DNA of 64,000 nt from an uncultured delta proteobacterium (lineage in GTDB: Bacteria; Desulfobacterota; Binatia; Bin18), in the NCBI GenBank assembly GCA_963733195.1, contig CAVTCR010000078.1:8393-72392 (forward strand), given 5' to 3'. Position 1 is the first letter of the stretch. Each line of letters opens with the position of its first letter. Below are positions 41,776-51,565 of the stretch, one piece after another. Both the position numbers and the translations under genes were made by a program. The notes under the pieces are model-generated. The model did no database searches and was not told the origin of the DNA. It worked only from the letters and a program-made list of their open reading frames with translations.

Positions 41776-44118
41776 ATGGAAGGAGGGAGCATGTCTGTTC
41801 CACAATGGGGCAGCCGTTGGACCCATTTCATCGTTTCTCACCGGATGTTTGTTCTCTGCATTTTGGTCAGTCTCATTGTCGCTGGACTGTGGCAATCGCA
41901 GCGTGTCTCATTGTCAGCGAAAATGACTGACTATTATCCCAACCACCACCCCCACGTTCGTCTCTACCGTGAGTTTGCCGAAATGCTGAAGATGGCAAAT
42001 ACGGTTGTCATCACTGTGACCGTCAAAGAAGGCTCAATCTATACCAACGAAGCATTAGGAAAGATTCATCGCCTCACAGTGAATCTACTCGAAACCCGCG
42101 GTGTAAATCCGAACGAGGTCATGTCACTGACCCATCCTCGTCTCAAAGACATCCGCGTCAGCAACGATAACATCGAAATATTGCCAGTCGTGAAGCAACC
42201 CGAACAGCAACAAACCCCAGACGCGCTCGCACACATTAAGAATGCGGTGTACACGAACCTCGGTATTCGTAGCGTGTATGTTTCCCCCGACGACAAAACG
42301 GCACTAATTCGAGCCGGATTCTGGGATGGGATGGTAGAACCACTGGCAGTCTTTGAGCGGCTCCACACAATTACCGCTCGTGAGCGCGATGCGAGTACCG
42401 AGGTGCATTTTACCGGGAATCTTGTCTTAGCCGCGTGGCTGAGAACCTCTGCCTCTCGCATCTTGCTCCTGCTTTTTGCCAGTGGAGCACTCGCGATATT
42501 CTTCTGTGGTCAGAGCCTTGGCTCTATTCACGCATTTTTTCTTGTGTTGTGCACCAATGTAGTTGGGGCAATCGTTAGTCTCGGTCTACTCGGAGCTTGC
42601 GGCCTCGTGCTCGAACCCCTGATGCTCTTCGTGTTTTTCCCTTTAGGAATTCGTGGCATGAGTCTCGTCATCAGTTGGTATACGCATCTAGTGCAGGTCT
42701 ATCGAGCGGTAGGAACTCCCTTCGCCACTCAGGAAAGCCACCTCTCTGCCCTGGAGCAGACGGCAGCACAGGTGTATCGGCCGCTGACGATAGCGCTTGG
42801 CATTGACGGCCTCGCTTTTCTCAGCTTGGCTCTGTCGGATGTTCCAGTTATCCGATCCCTCGCTGTCCTCGGCGCGGGGTGGAGTATCGGTCTCTTGTTC
42901 GCGTTGTGGCTGCTGTTCCCATTGTGGTCCTTGATGTTTCGCTTCCGTCCAGTTTCTACACTCCAACCACTCCGCACGGAACGACTTATTACCCGGCTCA
43001 CCCAGGGACTACGGCATACTGTTCCTTCCTCATCTCTATTGCCACTGGGGTTGCTGATGCTCGCTGGGTTTGGCACCGTCGCTGCGGTGCAGCTTAAAGC
43101 AGGCCGCGAGGTGATGGGATCGACACTGTTCTACAGCACGCACCCGTACAATCAGGCGTTCGCCCTGGTTAGTGAGAAGTTCATTGGTGTGAACCAACTC
43201 ATTATTGTCGCCCAAGCCAATGACGATGCTGCCTTCCGCAACCCGCAGGCACTCCGAACTATCGAAGCCTTCCAACAGCATATGGCAGAAGACCAAGACT
43301 TCGGCGGAACCGTCGCAATTACGAATCTTGTCAAATCGATCACTCGCATGTTCCACGAAGACATTCCGAAATGGGAGGTCATCCCTGACGATCTTGATTC
43401 GGCGGGTCAAGTCATCTTTCGCGTTGTTTCTTCTGCGGCGACCCCTAGCGACGTCGCTCGCTTATTTTCGCAGGACTTTCGCGCTACCGCGGTGACGTTT
43501 TTCTATCGGCAATACTCCCCGAGTATTGTGGCTCGCATCCTCGAACGAGCGCGCACGTTTACGGTGACGGGTGATGGCCACAATGTCCAATTTCACATTG
43601 GTGGAGGATTACTCGGAATCCTTGCTGCCATGCATGCGGCGGTCGAACAGAACTATTGGAGGTTCTATGCCGTGTTCATCGTGCTGATCGCACTCGGCAT
43701 TCTGCTTGCCACCGGATCGGTCCGTTCACTACTAGAGATACTCGGAACAGCCTTACTCATCCAAGCAGCACTCCTCCTCCTCCTGTGGTGGGGAGGAATT
43801 GACTTGAACATGTATTCGCTTCCCATCATTGTCGCTGGTCTGGGCATGTTCTTACTACCGACATTTTCCTTTTGGACCGCTCAAGAGGAGAACACCGCCT
43901 TTCATTCGTTGGTGACCACAGGTGTCATTACAGCAGTGGCAGCAGCGCTGTGGCTCCTTTCCCCATTGCGGTTGCAAGCAGAAATGGGAGTGTTCCTTAT
44001 CGTCACGGCTTTCCTGAGCATATTGCTTCCGTTACAGCTACGACAAGTCTTCGGCTCAGCCAGTCTGACAGTCCAAGAGTCGAACAGTCAGACTGATAGA
44101 CTTCAGGCTCCAGGCTGA
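41776..44118 (+). CDS. Divergent RND/MMPL-family protein, paralog 3
   Basis: Shares YP..HP...LY, SLTHP..K.I, IKNAVYTN, ALI.AGFW, EKF.G..QL, IPKW, GGLLGILAA with paralogs 1/2; TM motifs degenerate. Confidence 0.82.
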   Translation: MEGGSMSVPQWGSRWTHFIVSHRMFVLCILVSLIVAGLWQSQRVSLSAKMTDYYPNHHPHVRLYREFAEMLKMANTVVITVTVKEGSIYTNEALGKIHRLTVNLLETRGVNPNEVMSLTHPRLKDIRVSNDNIEILPVVKQPEQQQTPDALAHIKNAVYTNLGIRSVYVSPDDKTALIRAGFWDGMVEPLAVFERLHTITARERDASTEVHFTGNLVLAAWLRTSASRILLLLFASGALAIFFCGQSLGSIHAFFLVLCTNVVGAIVSLGLLGACGLVLEPLMLFVFFPLGIRGMSLVISWYTHLVQVYRAVGTPFATQESHLSALEQTAAQVYRPLTIALGIDGLAFLSLALSDVPVIRSLAVLGAGWSIGLLFALWLLFPLWSLMFRFRPVSTLQPLRTERLITRLTQGLRHTVPSSSLLPLGLLMLAGFGTVAAVQLKAGREVMGSTLFYSTHPYNQAFALVSEKFIGVNQLIIVAQANDDAAFRNPQALRTIEAFQQHMAEDQDFGGTVAITNLVKSITRMFHEDIPKWEVIPDDLDSAGQVIFRVVSSAATPSDVARLFSQDFRATAVTFFYRQYSPSIVARILERARTFTVTGDGHNVQFHIGGGLLGILAAMHAAVEQNYWRFYAVFIVLIALGILLATGSVRSLLEILGTALLIQAALLLLLWWGGIDLNMYSLPIIVAGLGMFLLPTFSFWTAQEENTAFHSLVTTGVITAVAAALWLLSPLRLQAEMGVFLIVTAFLSILLPLQLRQVFGSASLTVQESNSQTDRLQAPG

Positions 44119-44189
44119 TAAATTTCGAACTGATGAGGTGACGGTGCATTTGACAGAAAAGAGATATCCGGAAGGTGCGTGTTCCCAAA

Positions 44190-44272
44190 CAGTGAAGAAT
44201 TAAAAGTTATGAGTGAAGAGTTGAAAATTCCTCGTCCTCAACTCTTAACCGTTAATTCTGAACTCTTAACTG
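44190..44272. repeat. Inverted 7-mer repeat hairpin
   Basis: agtgaag aattaaa agttatg agtgaag agttga versus tcaactc ttaaccg ttaattc tgaactc ttaactg. Confidence 0.6.
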
Positions 44273-44342
44273 TTTCTGCTATTGTCCTCACGATCGAACT
44301 CCGGTGTAGCGCGGCTCAAAGCAAAGACAGCGGCTGTTTCCT

Positions 44343-44515
44343 TTACTCTTCTAATTGGAGCGAATCTTGGCGATGCATGGGGCGCAAGGTTAGATGAGCT
44401 TCCTTGAGCTTGCCAGTCACAAACTTATGCAAGGTGCTGGCAATCAGTGTCTGATACGGAATGCCTTCCATCACGGCCCGTTTTTGCAGCTTTCCAGGTC
44501 TCGGGAAGAAATGCG
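44343..44515 (-). pseudogene. C-terminal remnant of a CopG/BrnA-type antitoxin
   Basis: RISSRDLE.LQKRAVMEGIPYQTLIASTLHKFVTG; no start codon or N-terminus, abuts the stop of the FAD oxidase. Confidence 0.7.
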
Positions 44516-44523
44516 ACGATTCT

Positions 44524-45879
44524 TCACCAAATCTTTCCTGGATTGAGAATTCCTTTCGGATCAAAAAGCTGCTTAATCCCTTTCATCAGTTCGAGTGAGG
44601 CTCCGTGCTCTTGTTGCATGTATTTGCGACTACCAAGGCCGATGCCGTGTTCACCAGAAGCGGTACCGCCAACAGACAATACAAACGAGACAATCTCATC
44701 TTTTGCTTGATTCGCGGTAGCCCATCGCTCAGTGTCATCTGGGTCTTCGCGTAGTAGGGCGTGCAGAATGCCGATTCCAGCATGGCCAAACGTATGGAGT
44801 ACAACTCCATGCCGCTCGGCGATGGCATAGCTCTGCTCGACAATCTCAGGCAAACGCGAGACAGGGAATCCCATATCGGTCCGCAGTGTTTTGGCGTGGG
44901 GATTGAGCGCTTGGATTGCACGCGTAGTAAAGTGACGAATCTCCCACGGATTGCGTCCGTCAGGAAGCACGATCGATACACCTTGATATTCTTCACAAAT
45001 AGTGCGTGCTGAAGCAAAGATTTCGTCAACTGATAAAGGAGAGCCATGTACCTCAATGAACAGGGATGGCTGTTCGATGAGACCAAAGTGCTGAAAGCGA
45101 TTGAGTGCGGCAATAGAACGACGATCAAGAAACTCTACCGCGGCAAGGTCTACGCTATAGCGCATCATCTCAGCAATGGCCGACACTGCCGCCTTTTCTG
45201 AGGGAAACGTGAACGCCCCTTGCTTCCGCCCTTGTGGCAACCCAACCAGCGACAATGTCAGTTCGGTTACGATCCCCAATGTCCCTTCCGATCCAACCAA
45301 AAGGCCAAGGAGATGATACCCAGATGAAGTTTTGCGACTGCGGGTACCAAGGTGCAGTACTTCTCCTGTGCCAGTCACAACCGTCATTGCCTTCACATGA
45401 TCTCGCGTTCCTCCGTATTTCACGGAGTAGATACCACTCGCATTGTTGGCGACCATGCCACCGATGGTTGCGACATCTGAGCTGCCACCAGGTGACGGAG
45501 GAAAAAACAAGCCGTAGGGTTTCAGTTGTTCATTGAGCTGGTTGTAGACGATTCCCGGTTGCACAGTCACTTGAAGATCCTCAGTATGAGCACTCACAAC
45601 CGCGGTCATCCGCGAGAGATCGAGGACAATCCCACCTCGCACCGGAATGGGGTTTCCTTCCAAGCTGGACCCAGCTCCGCGAGCAGTGAGAGGAACATTT
45701 TGTTCGTAGGCATAGCGAACGACACGGACAACCTCATCAGTTGTCAGCGGCCACACGACTACTTCGGGCATTGACGGTGGACAAGAAGATTCATCGCGTG
45801 ACGCGCTCTCAAGGTCAGTTAGGTTCGTCGACACCTGGTTTGCAGCCAGTAACGCAATCAAATCATTGGCAATGGACAT
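44524..45879 (-). CDS. FAD-linked oxidase (D-lactate dehydrogenase/GlcD-like)
   Basis: RGAGSSLEG, ATIGGM.ANNASG, GSEGTLG, SGEHGIG, FDPKGILNPGKI. Confidence 0.92.
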   Translation of the reverse strand: MSIANDLIALLAANQVSTNLTDLESASRDESSCPPSMPEVVVWPLTTDEVVRVVRYAYEQNVPLTARGAGSSLEGNPIPVRGGIVLDLSRMTAVVSAHTEDLQVTVQPGIVYNQLNEQLKPYGLFFPPSPGGSSDVATIGGMVANNASGIYSVKYGGTRDHVKAMTVVTGTGEVLHLGTRSRKTSSGYHLLGLLVGSEGTLGIVTELTLSLVGLPQGRKQGAFTFPSEKAAVSAIAEMMRYSVDLAAVEFLDRRSIAALNRFQHFGLIEQPSLFIEVHGSPLSVDEIFASARTICEEYQGVSIVLPDGRNPWEIRHFTTRAIQALNPHAKTLRTDMGFPVSRLPEIVEQSYAIAERHGVVLHTFGHAGIGILHALLREDPDDTERWATANQAKDEIVSFVLSVGGTASGEHGIGLGSRKYMQQEHGASLELMKGIKQLFDPKGILNPGKIW

Positions 45880-46180
45880 AATGCACCTACGAGGCCGCAG
45901 AGCGGCAACATGAGACAAATAGACCAGTCTTCCCTACCCTCTAAGCTTCTCTACTCCTTGTCTCCCTTTCCTGACAATCACCCTCTATAGGCGGCAAAGT
46001 AACAGTCTCCCCTTTAGGCGCTACCTAATTTCTCCACTCAACGGTCTCCTTGCGCAAGAACTGTCGGCATACTTCAGTGGAACTACTAGACACTGCGGGG
46101 TTCTCCTGTTCATTATGCATGTTATTATGCCTGATCGAACCGCTGTCCGCACTTGATGACATCTCCTCGATAAGAGATTC

Positions 46181-47417
46181 GTGCAGAAAGCTATGCCTAT
46201 TCGTCTCACTCGCCGTGCCGCTTGCACACTCATACTAACCGCACAGGGCCTTCATCGTCAGCCTGAAGGTACGGCAACGAAGAACAGTGTCCTGGAAGCG
46301 ATCCGTCGCATGGGTGCGTTGCAAATCGATACAATCAACGTAGTCGCTCGCAGTCCGTATCTCGTCTTATGGAGTCGTCTCGGCCACTACGACCCTCGTT
46401 GGCTTGACGAGTTACTCAGCGACGGAGCCTTATTCGAGTATTGGTCGCACGAGGCCTGTTTCTTGCCGATTGAGGATTATCGCTTGTACCGTCATCGGAT
46501 GCTTGAACCCAGTTCCTTAGGCTGGAAGTATCCCCAAGAATGGGCGGCTGCACATCAAAAGGAGATTGCACAGGTACTTACGGGTATTCGTGAACGCGGC
46601 CCTCTACGCTCGGCTGACTTTGCGAGTAACGGAAAACAGAAGAATGGGTGGGGGGGATGGAAGCCGGAGAAGCGTGCCTTAGAGACTCTTTTCACCACGG
46701 GTGAACTCATGATCGCGCGTAGGCATAACTTTCAGCGTGTCTACGATCTACGAGAGCGCGTATTGCCGACCTGGGATGATACACAATTGCCGCCACGCGA
46801 GGAGCATGCAACGATCCCTCATCCTCAAAGCGGTTCGCGCCCTTGGCGTGACAACTGCGGCTTGGGTGGCAGACTATTTCCGCATCCGCAAGCAAGACAC
46901 GATTCCGTTGGTGATACAGTTAGCAAAGGAAGGAGCGTTATTAACTGCGCAGGTCGAGGGATGGGACAATCCAGTATACCTCCACCCTGACCACCAGGAG
47001 AGCGCGGAGCAGGCAGTAGAAAGCACGATTCGCCCACAGCTTACGACATTACTCTCTCCGTTCGACCCTCTGGTGTGGGATCGTGAACGCACGAGAATGC
47101 TCTTCAACTTTGATTACACACTGGAATGCTATACTCCTGCTCCTAAGCGACGCTACGGATACTTTACTCTGCCCATCTTGCATCGTGGAGCCTTGATCGG
47201 TCGGGTAGATGCGAAAACCCATCGTCAGGACGCACTCTTTGAGGTGAAGGCGTTCCACCTGGAACCTGATGTTCGCATAACTGACAGATTGGTTACCGAT
47301 GTCGCCCAGATGATCCGCGCGTGTGCAACGTGGCATGGAACTCCGGAGATCGTGATTCGCCACACCGATCCGCCCAAGGTCGCTCCTCTTCTGCAAGGGG
47401 CTATTGCACGGAGTTGA
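46181..47417 (+). CDS. ycaQ: YcaQ/AlkZ-family winged-helix DNA glycosylase (HTH_42), one frameshift near 46800
   Basis: LQIDTINVVARSPYLVLWSRLG, FEYWSHEA, F.R.YDL.ER, LLSPFDPLVWDR.R, E.Y.P..KRRYGYF.LP. Confidence 0.9.
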
Positions 47418-47546
47418 GCAGTATTGACAATGTGAGGACTCAATTAGACTGCAAGCGGAGAGTTACACCTGGAGATACAACGGATCGCGAATCTCCCTTT
47501 TGGGTTCAACGAAAAGTCGTCCGCCAATAAAGAAAAGGAGGTAGGG

Positions 47547-48527
47547 ATGAAGATCGAGCCGTGGTCCCGCAGACATTTTCTCAAAAACCTGAGCGCAGCC
47601 ACTGTCGCTGCAACGGTAGCTGGACGGGTGGCCGTGCCGCAAGTCAGCCAGGCTGCCCAAACAACTCCGGGAGCGCTACGCTTTGGTGTTCAAGTCGTCC
47701 CGCAGCACACTACATACGCCGATATTCTCCAAACCTGGCGCGAGGTGGATGAGTTGGGATTTGATACTGCCTTTCTCTTTGATCACTTCATCCCTATTCT
47801 CTCTGATCCCAACGGCCCATGCTTCGAAGGGTGGACGCTGCTCGCCGCCTTAGCGGCACAAACCAAGCGTGTGAAAATTGGATTGTTGGTGACCGGTAAC
47901 ACATATCGTAATCCGGCTTTGGTGGCAAAAATGGCCGCTACCGTGGATCAAGTGAGTAACGGTCGCGCCATTCTCGGTCTCGGAGCAGCATGGTTTGAAG
48001 CTGAGCATACAGCGTATGGTATTCCGTTCTTCACTCCGAGTGAACGTGCCAAGCGACTGGGAGAAGCAGTCTCAGTGATCAAACTTCTCTTCTCACAACA
48101 AAAGAGCACCTTCAACGGTAAATTTTATCAGCTGAAGGACGCGCCGTGTGAACCTAAACCGGTCCAGAAACACCTGCCACTGTTAATTGGCGGCGTTGGG
48201 CCGAAACGGATCCAACCGCTCGCCGCACGGCATGCTGACATTTGGCATTTTTTCCCCGGCAGCGAAGATCCGCAGGATGTGAAGCGTATGTGTGAGAGTT
48301 TCGATCAACTCTGTCAAAAAGTGAAACGTGATCCCGCCACAGTAGAAAAATCGCTCTCGCTACGTCCGCCGCAACTCGCTGGTCCGAGCAAAGAAGTCGC
48401 TAGCCGCGTCAAAACCCTCGCGGATGCTGGTGTTAGGCATTTCATCATCTCTCTGTCGCCACCTTTTGATCATGCGTTGTTACGACGTTTCGCGACCGAA
48501 GTCATTCCGGCAGTGAGAAAGGCATAA
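47547..48527 (+). CDS. LLM-class F420-dependent oxidoreductase with N-terminal Tat signal peptide
   Basis: SRRHFLK twin-arginine motif, Ala-rich h-region, SQA cleavage site; FDHF, EGWT.LAALA, GNTYRNPA..AKMAATVD.VSNGR. Confidence 0.88.
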   Translation: MKIEPWSRRHFLKNLSAATVAATVAGRVAVPQVSQAAQTTPGALRFGVQVVPQHTTYADILQTWREVDELGFDTAFLFDHFIPILSDPNGPCFEGWTLLAALAAQTKRVKIGLLVTGNTYRNPALVAKMAATVDQVSNGRAILGLGAAWFEAEHTAYGIPFFTPSERAKRLGEAVSVIKLLFSQQKSTFNGKFYQLKDAPCEPKPVQKHLPLLIGGVGPKRIQPLAARHADIWHFFPGSEDPQDVKRMCESFDQLCQKVKRDPATVEKSLSLRPPQLAGPSKEVASRVKTLADAGVRHFIISLSPPFDHALLRRFATEVIPAVRKA

Positions 48528-48635
48528 ACGCAGATAACCTCACAGTAACGACCATCCCGATAAAGGAGTCACATTATGCAATTTTGTTTTCTCGCGCAAA
48601 TAATCGAAGGAACCCCTAGGGAATAATAACATTAG

Positions 48636-48665
48636 CCACAGGCAGAAAATGCCGTCTGCCTGTGG
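48636..48665. terminator. Hairpin between convergent LLM and typA genes
   Basis: CCACAGGCAGA-N8-TCTGCCTGTGG. Confidence 0.65.
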
Positions 48666-48666
48666 A

Positions 48667-50499
48667 TTATTGATTACTCTCTCTGCGTTTCGGTCGTAGA
48701 TTCTGTTGCAGAACCTTCTTGCGCAACCGGATCGACTGTGGCGTCACTTCCACGAGCTCCTCATCCGCGATCCACTCAAGCCCATCTTCGAGACCCATCT
48801 CGCGGTGTGGAGTGAGTCTGACGGCTTCGTCGTGGCCTGAGGCGCGCATATTGGTCAGCTTCTTCTCGCGACACGCATTAACGTCCAAATCTTTATCGCG
48901 GGAATACTCACCAACGATCATACCTTCGTAGACCGGTGTTCCGGGAGGAACGAAGAGCATCCCTCGTTCTTGCAGGTGAAATAGAGCATACGGGACCGCC
49001 ACGCCTTCACGATCGGCCACCATTGCACCATTGACACGGCTTTGAATCGCCCCTTGCCAAGGCGCATAGCCGTTGAACAATGCGTTAATGATCCCAGTGC
49101 CACGGGTATCAGTCAGGAAATGCGAACGAAAACCGATCAAGCCACGTGATGGCACTGAAAACTCTAGACGTACCCGTCCTGAGCCTTCATGTTCCATTTT
49201 TGTCATGACTCCACGCCGCACTGCTAACAGTTGCGAGACCACGCCAATGTATCCCTCTGGAACATCGACAAGAAGCGATTCCATCGGCTCTTGCAGCACC
49301 CCGCCAATTTGCTTAGTGACAACAGTCGGCTTCGATACTTGTAGTTCATACCCCTCGCGGCGCATCGTCTCAATCAGAATCGCTAGCTGCAGCTCCCCAC
49401 GTCCCAACACGCGGAAGGAATCCGGGGAGTCCATTTCTTCGATTCTTAGGCTCACATTCTTCCGCGCTTCTGCCCCTAACCGCTCACGGATTTTGCGCGA
49501 TGTCACAAACTGTCCCTCGCGACCAGACCACGGCGCGGTATTGACCCCGAAGATCATCGAGATGGTCGGTTCATCAATCCGAATGGCAGGTAAGGGTTTG
49601 GGAGTTTCACGATCAGAAACGGTTTCACCGATTTGAATCTCTTCAATTCCAGCAATCGCCACAACGTCGCCAGCTTTGGCTTCGTCAATTTCCACCCGTT
49701 TCAGTCCCTGCCAGGTGTAGACTTGCACGATTTTACACGGAGCCTGGGAACCATCGAGGCGACAGAGGGTGTAGAGACCCGCGGTTTTGAGTACGCCACT
49801 GACGACACGGCCAATTGCCAACCGCCCAACGTAGTCGTTGTAGTCAAGATTGTTCACCTGAAACTGGACCGTTGCTGTAGGATCACTCAGTGGTCCTGGC
49901 AGAGTAGAGACAATCAGATCAAACAGTGGACGCAGATCTTCTGACTCATCTGTCAGCTCCCGTTTTGCAATCCCAGCTCGGGCATTGGTATAGACAACTG
50001 GGAAATCCAGTTGTTCTTCGGTGGCATCGAGATCAATGAACAGATCGTAGATTTCGTTGAGCACTTCTGTGATGCGGGCGTCAGGTCGGTCGATCTTGTT
50101 GATACACACAACCGGAGGTAAGCCAGCTTCGAGTGCTTTTTTCAGCACGAAACGAGTTTGGGGGAGCGGGCCTTCAGAAGCATCAACCAGCAACATAACA
50201 CCATCGACCATTGCCAGCGCGCGTTCCACTTCACCACCGAAATCAGCGTGTCCTGGAGTATCGACGAAGTTAATTTTCACTCCATGGTATGAGAGAGACG
50301 CATTCTTAGCGAGAATGGTGATGCCGCGTTCTCGTTCCAGTTCAAATGAGTCCATCACCCGGTCAACAACTTGCTCCTTCACTCGAAAAGTACCGCTTTG
50401 CCGCAACAGAGCATCAATCAGAGTCGTTTTGCCGTGGTCAACATGGGCGATGATGGCAACATTACGAATATCATCGCGCCGTGGCGTGCCGTTCTGCAA
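48667..50499 (-). CDS. typA: Translational GTPase TypA/BipA
   Basis: [50 protein letters not shown]. Confidence 0.97.
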   Translation of the reverse strand: MQNGTPRRDDIRNVAIIAHVDHGKTTLIDALLRQSGTFRVKEQVVDRVMDSFELERERGITILAKNASLSYHGVKINFVDTPGHADFGGEVERALAMVDGVMLLVDASEGPLPQTRFVLKKALEAGLPPVVCINKIDRPDARITEVLNEIYDLFIDLDATEEQLDFPVVYTNARAGIAKRELTDESEDLRPLFDLIVSTLPGPLSDPTATVQFQVNNLDYNDYVGRLAIGRVVSGVLKTAGLYTLCRLDGSQAPCKIVQVYTWQGLKRVEIDEAKAGDVVAIAGIEEIQIGETVSDRETPKPLPAIRIDEPTISMIFGVNTAPWSGREGQFVTSRKIRERLGAEARKNVSLRIEEMDSPDSFRVLGRGELQLAILIETMRREGYELQVSKPTVVTKQIGGVLQEPMESLLVDVPEGYIGVVSQLLAVRRGVMTKMEHEGSGRVRLEFSVPSRGLIGFRSHFLTDTRGTGIINALFNGYAPWQGAIQSRVNGAMVADREGVAVPYALFHLQERGMLFVPPGTPVYEGMIVGEYSRDKDLDVNACREKKLTNMRASGHDEAVRLTPHREMGLEDGLEWIADEELVEVTPQSIRLRKKVLQQNLRPKRRESNQ

Positions 50500-50848
50500 T
50501 GGAATCCTCCTTACAAATTGGGGAAAAAAGGCCGGAGACGTCCGACCTCTGTACAGATATTTTGTTTGTAGCTTTATTGTTTATTGTGCCGGATTTGTCT
50601 CGGGAAGTCAGCAGGGACAACACTATTCCCCTCGGAAGTTAAAGATTTTTCTCGTATCGTCGATAGTACAGAGACGGGAAAGTCTGGGGGATATTCGGCA
50701 CACACTACATTTCTCAAATATCCGTCTACATTTCCCTCCGTGTAGGAGACTCGCCTCTTCTTGGTGTGTAGAGAATTTACCACCAATAAGGACGAGTACC
50801 AAATCGGAACAATTTGTCAGAATCTCGATGAGAAGAGAGGCAGGACGT

Positions 50849-51343
50849 ATGCAGCAGAAGCATAAGGGGACGCAAAAAAGCAATCAGACCGGAGAGCAAA
50901 AATCTCCAGCAAAGACTCGAGAGCTGGCTACAAGAGCCAGAAACGCGCTTGGAATTCGTCCGAGACCCTCTCAGGACTACACCAGCACAAAACCTACACC
51001 GCAACAGGGACAACGCCAGGCCTCATATGTGAAAGAAGCAACACTTCCCCCTTCATTTGAGTTTCGCCCTTGTGCTCTTGTTGGTCCCGACGGGCAAAAT
51101 CGACCAGGCTGGGAATTGTGGGTCGGCGGTATGATGTTTGGGCGTGCTGATACAAAAGAGACCTTACTCGCATACCATGCACGCTTGCATGATCCTCTAC
51201 CGAGTGGTCATTGGAAAGACCGCGCGTGGCAACCGATGAAGAAAAAATCGACAGGGCGACGGGCTAACGAAGAACAGGACTCTCGGTTCGACGATGAGGA
51301 GCCCGAAGCAGAGCCAGAGATAGAAAGTTCCTGGAAGGAGTAG
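50849..51343 (+). CDS. Hypothetical protein (basic N-terminus, Trp-rich core, acidic tail)
   Basis: ATG after purine-rich RBS; 3' part of ORF 50057-51343 that does not overlap typA. Confidence 0.6.
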   Translation: MQQKHKGTQKSNQTGEQKSPAKTRELATRARNALGIRPRPSQDYTSTKPTPQQGQRQASYVKEATLPPSFEFRPCALVGPDGQNRPGWELWVGGMMFGRADTKETLLAYHARLHDPLPSGHWKDRAWQPMKKKSTGRRANEEQDSRFDDEEPEAEPEIESSWKE

Positions 51344-51417
51344 AAGAGAAAACGCCCTCCCCTCGTAGTTATCAGTTGTTCGGTAGCATTGTAAGAGAAT
51401 GACCTCGGACGACTGCC

Positions 51418-51462
51418 ATGCTCAAAGCGATATTCGTTGATCTCGATGGCACCCTTGCTGGG
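51418..51462 (+). pseudogene. N-terminal stub of a HAD-family hydrolase
   Basis: Translates MLKAIFVDLDGTLA (HAD motif I DxDGT) then runs into a terminator-like hairpin. Confidence 0.55.
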
Positions 51463-51565
51463 GCTGAAAAAAGGCGAGGGCTATTGAAACCCTCAGCCTG
51501 CCTTTCCCCTTTATCCTTAATTTTCCATTGCTGTTTCGCCGTTTCTCATTTCGCCCTTTCTCTGC

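Noticed and set aside
50057-51343. 428-aa ORF overlapping typA in antisense
   Set aside because: The 5' part is the shadow frame of typA plus intergenic DNA; only 50849-51343 has an RBS and a plausible protein.
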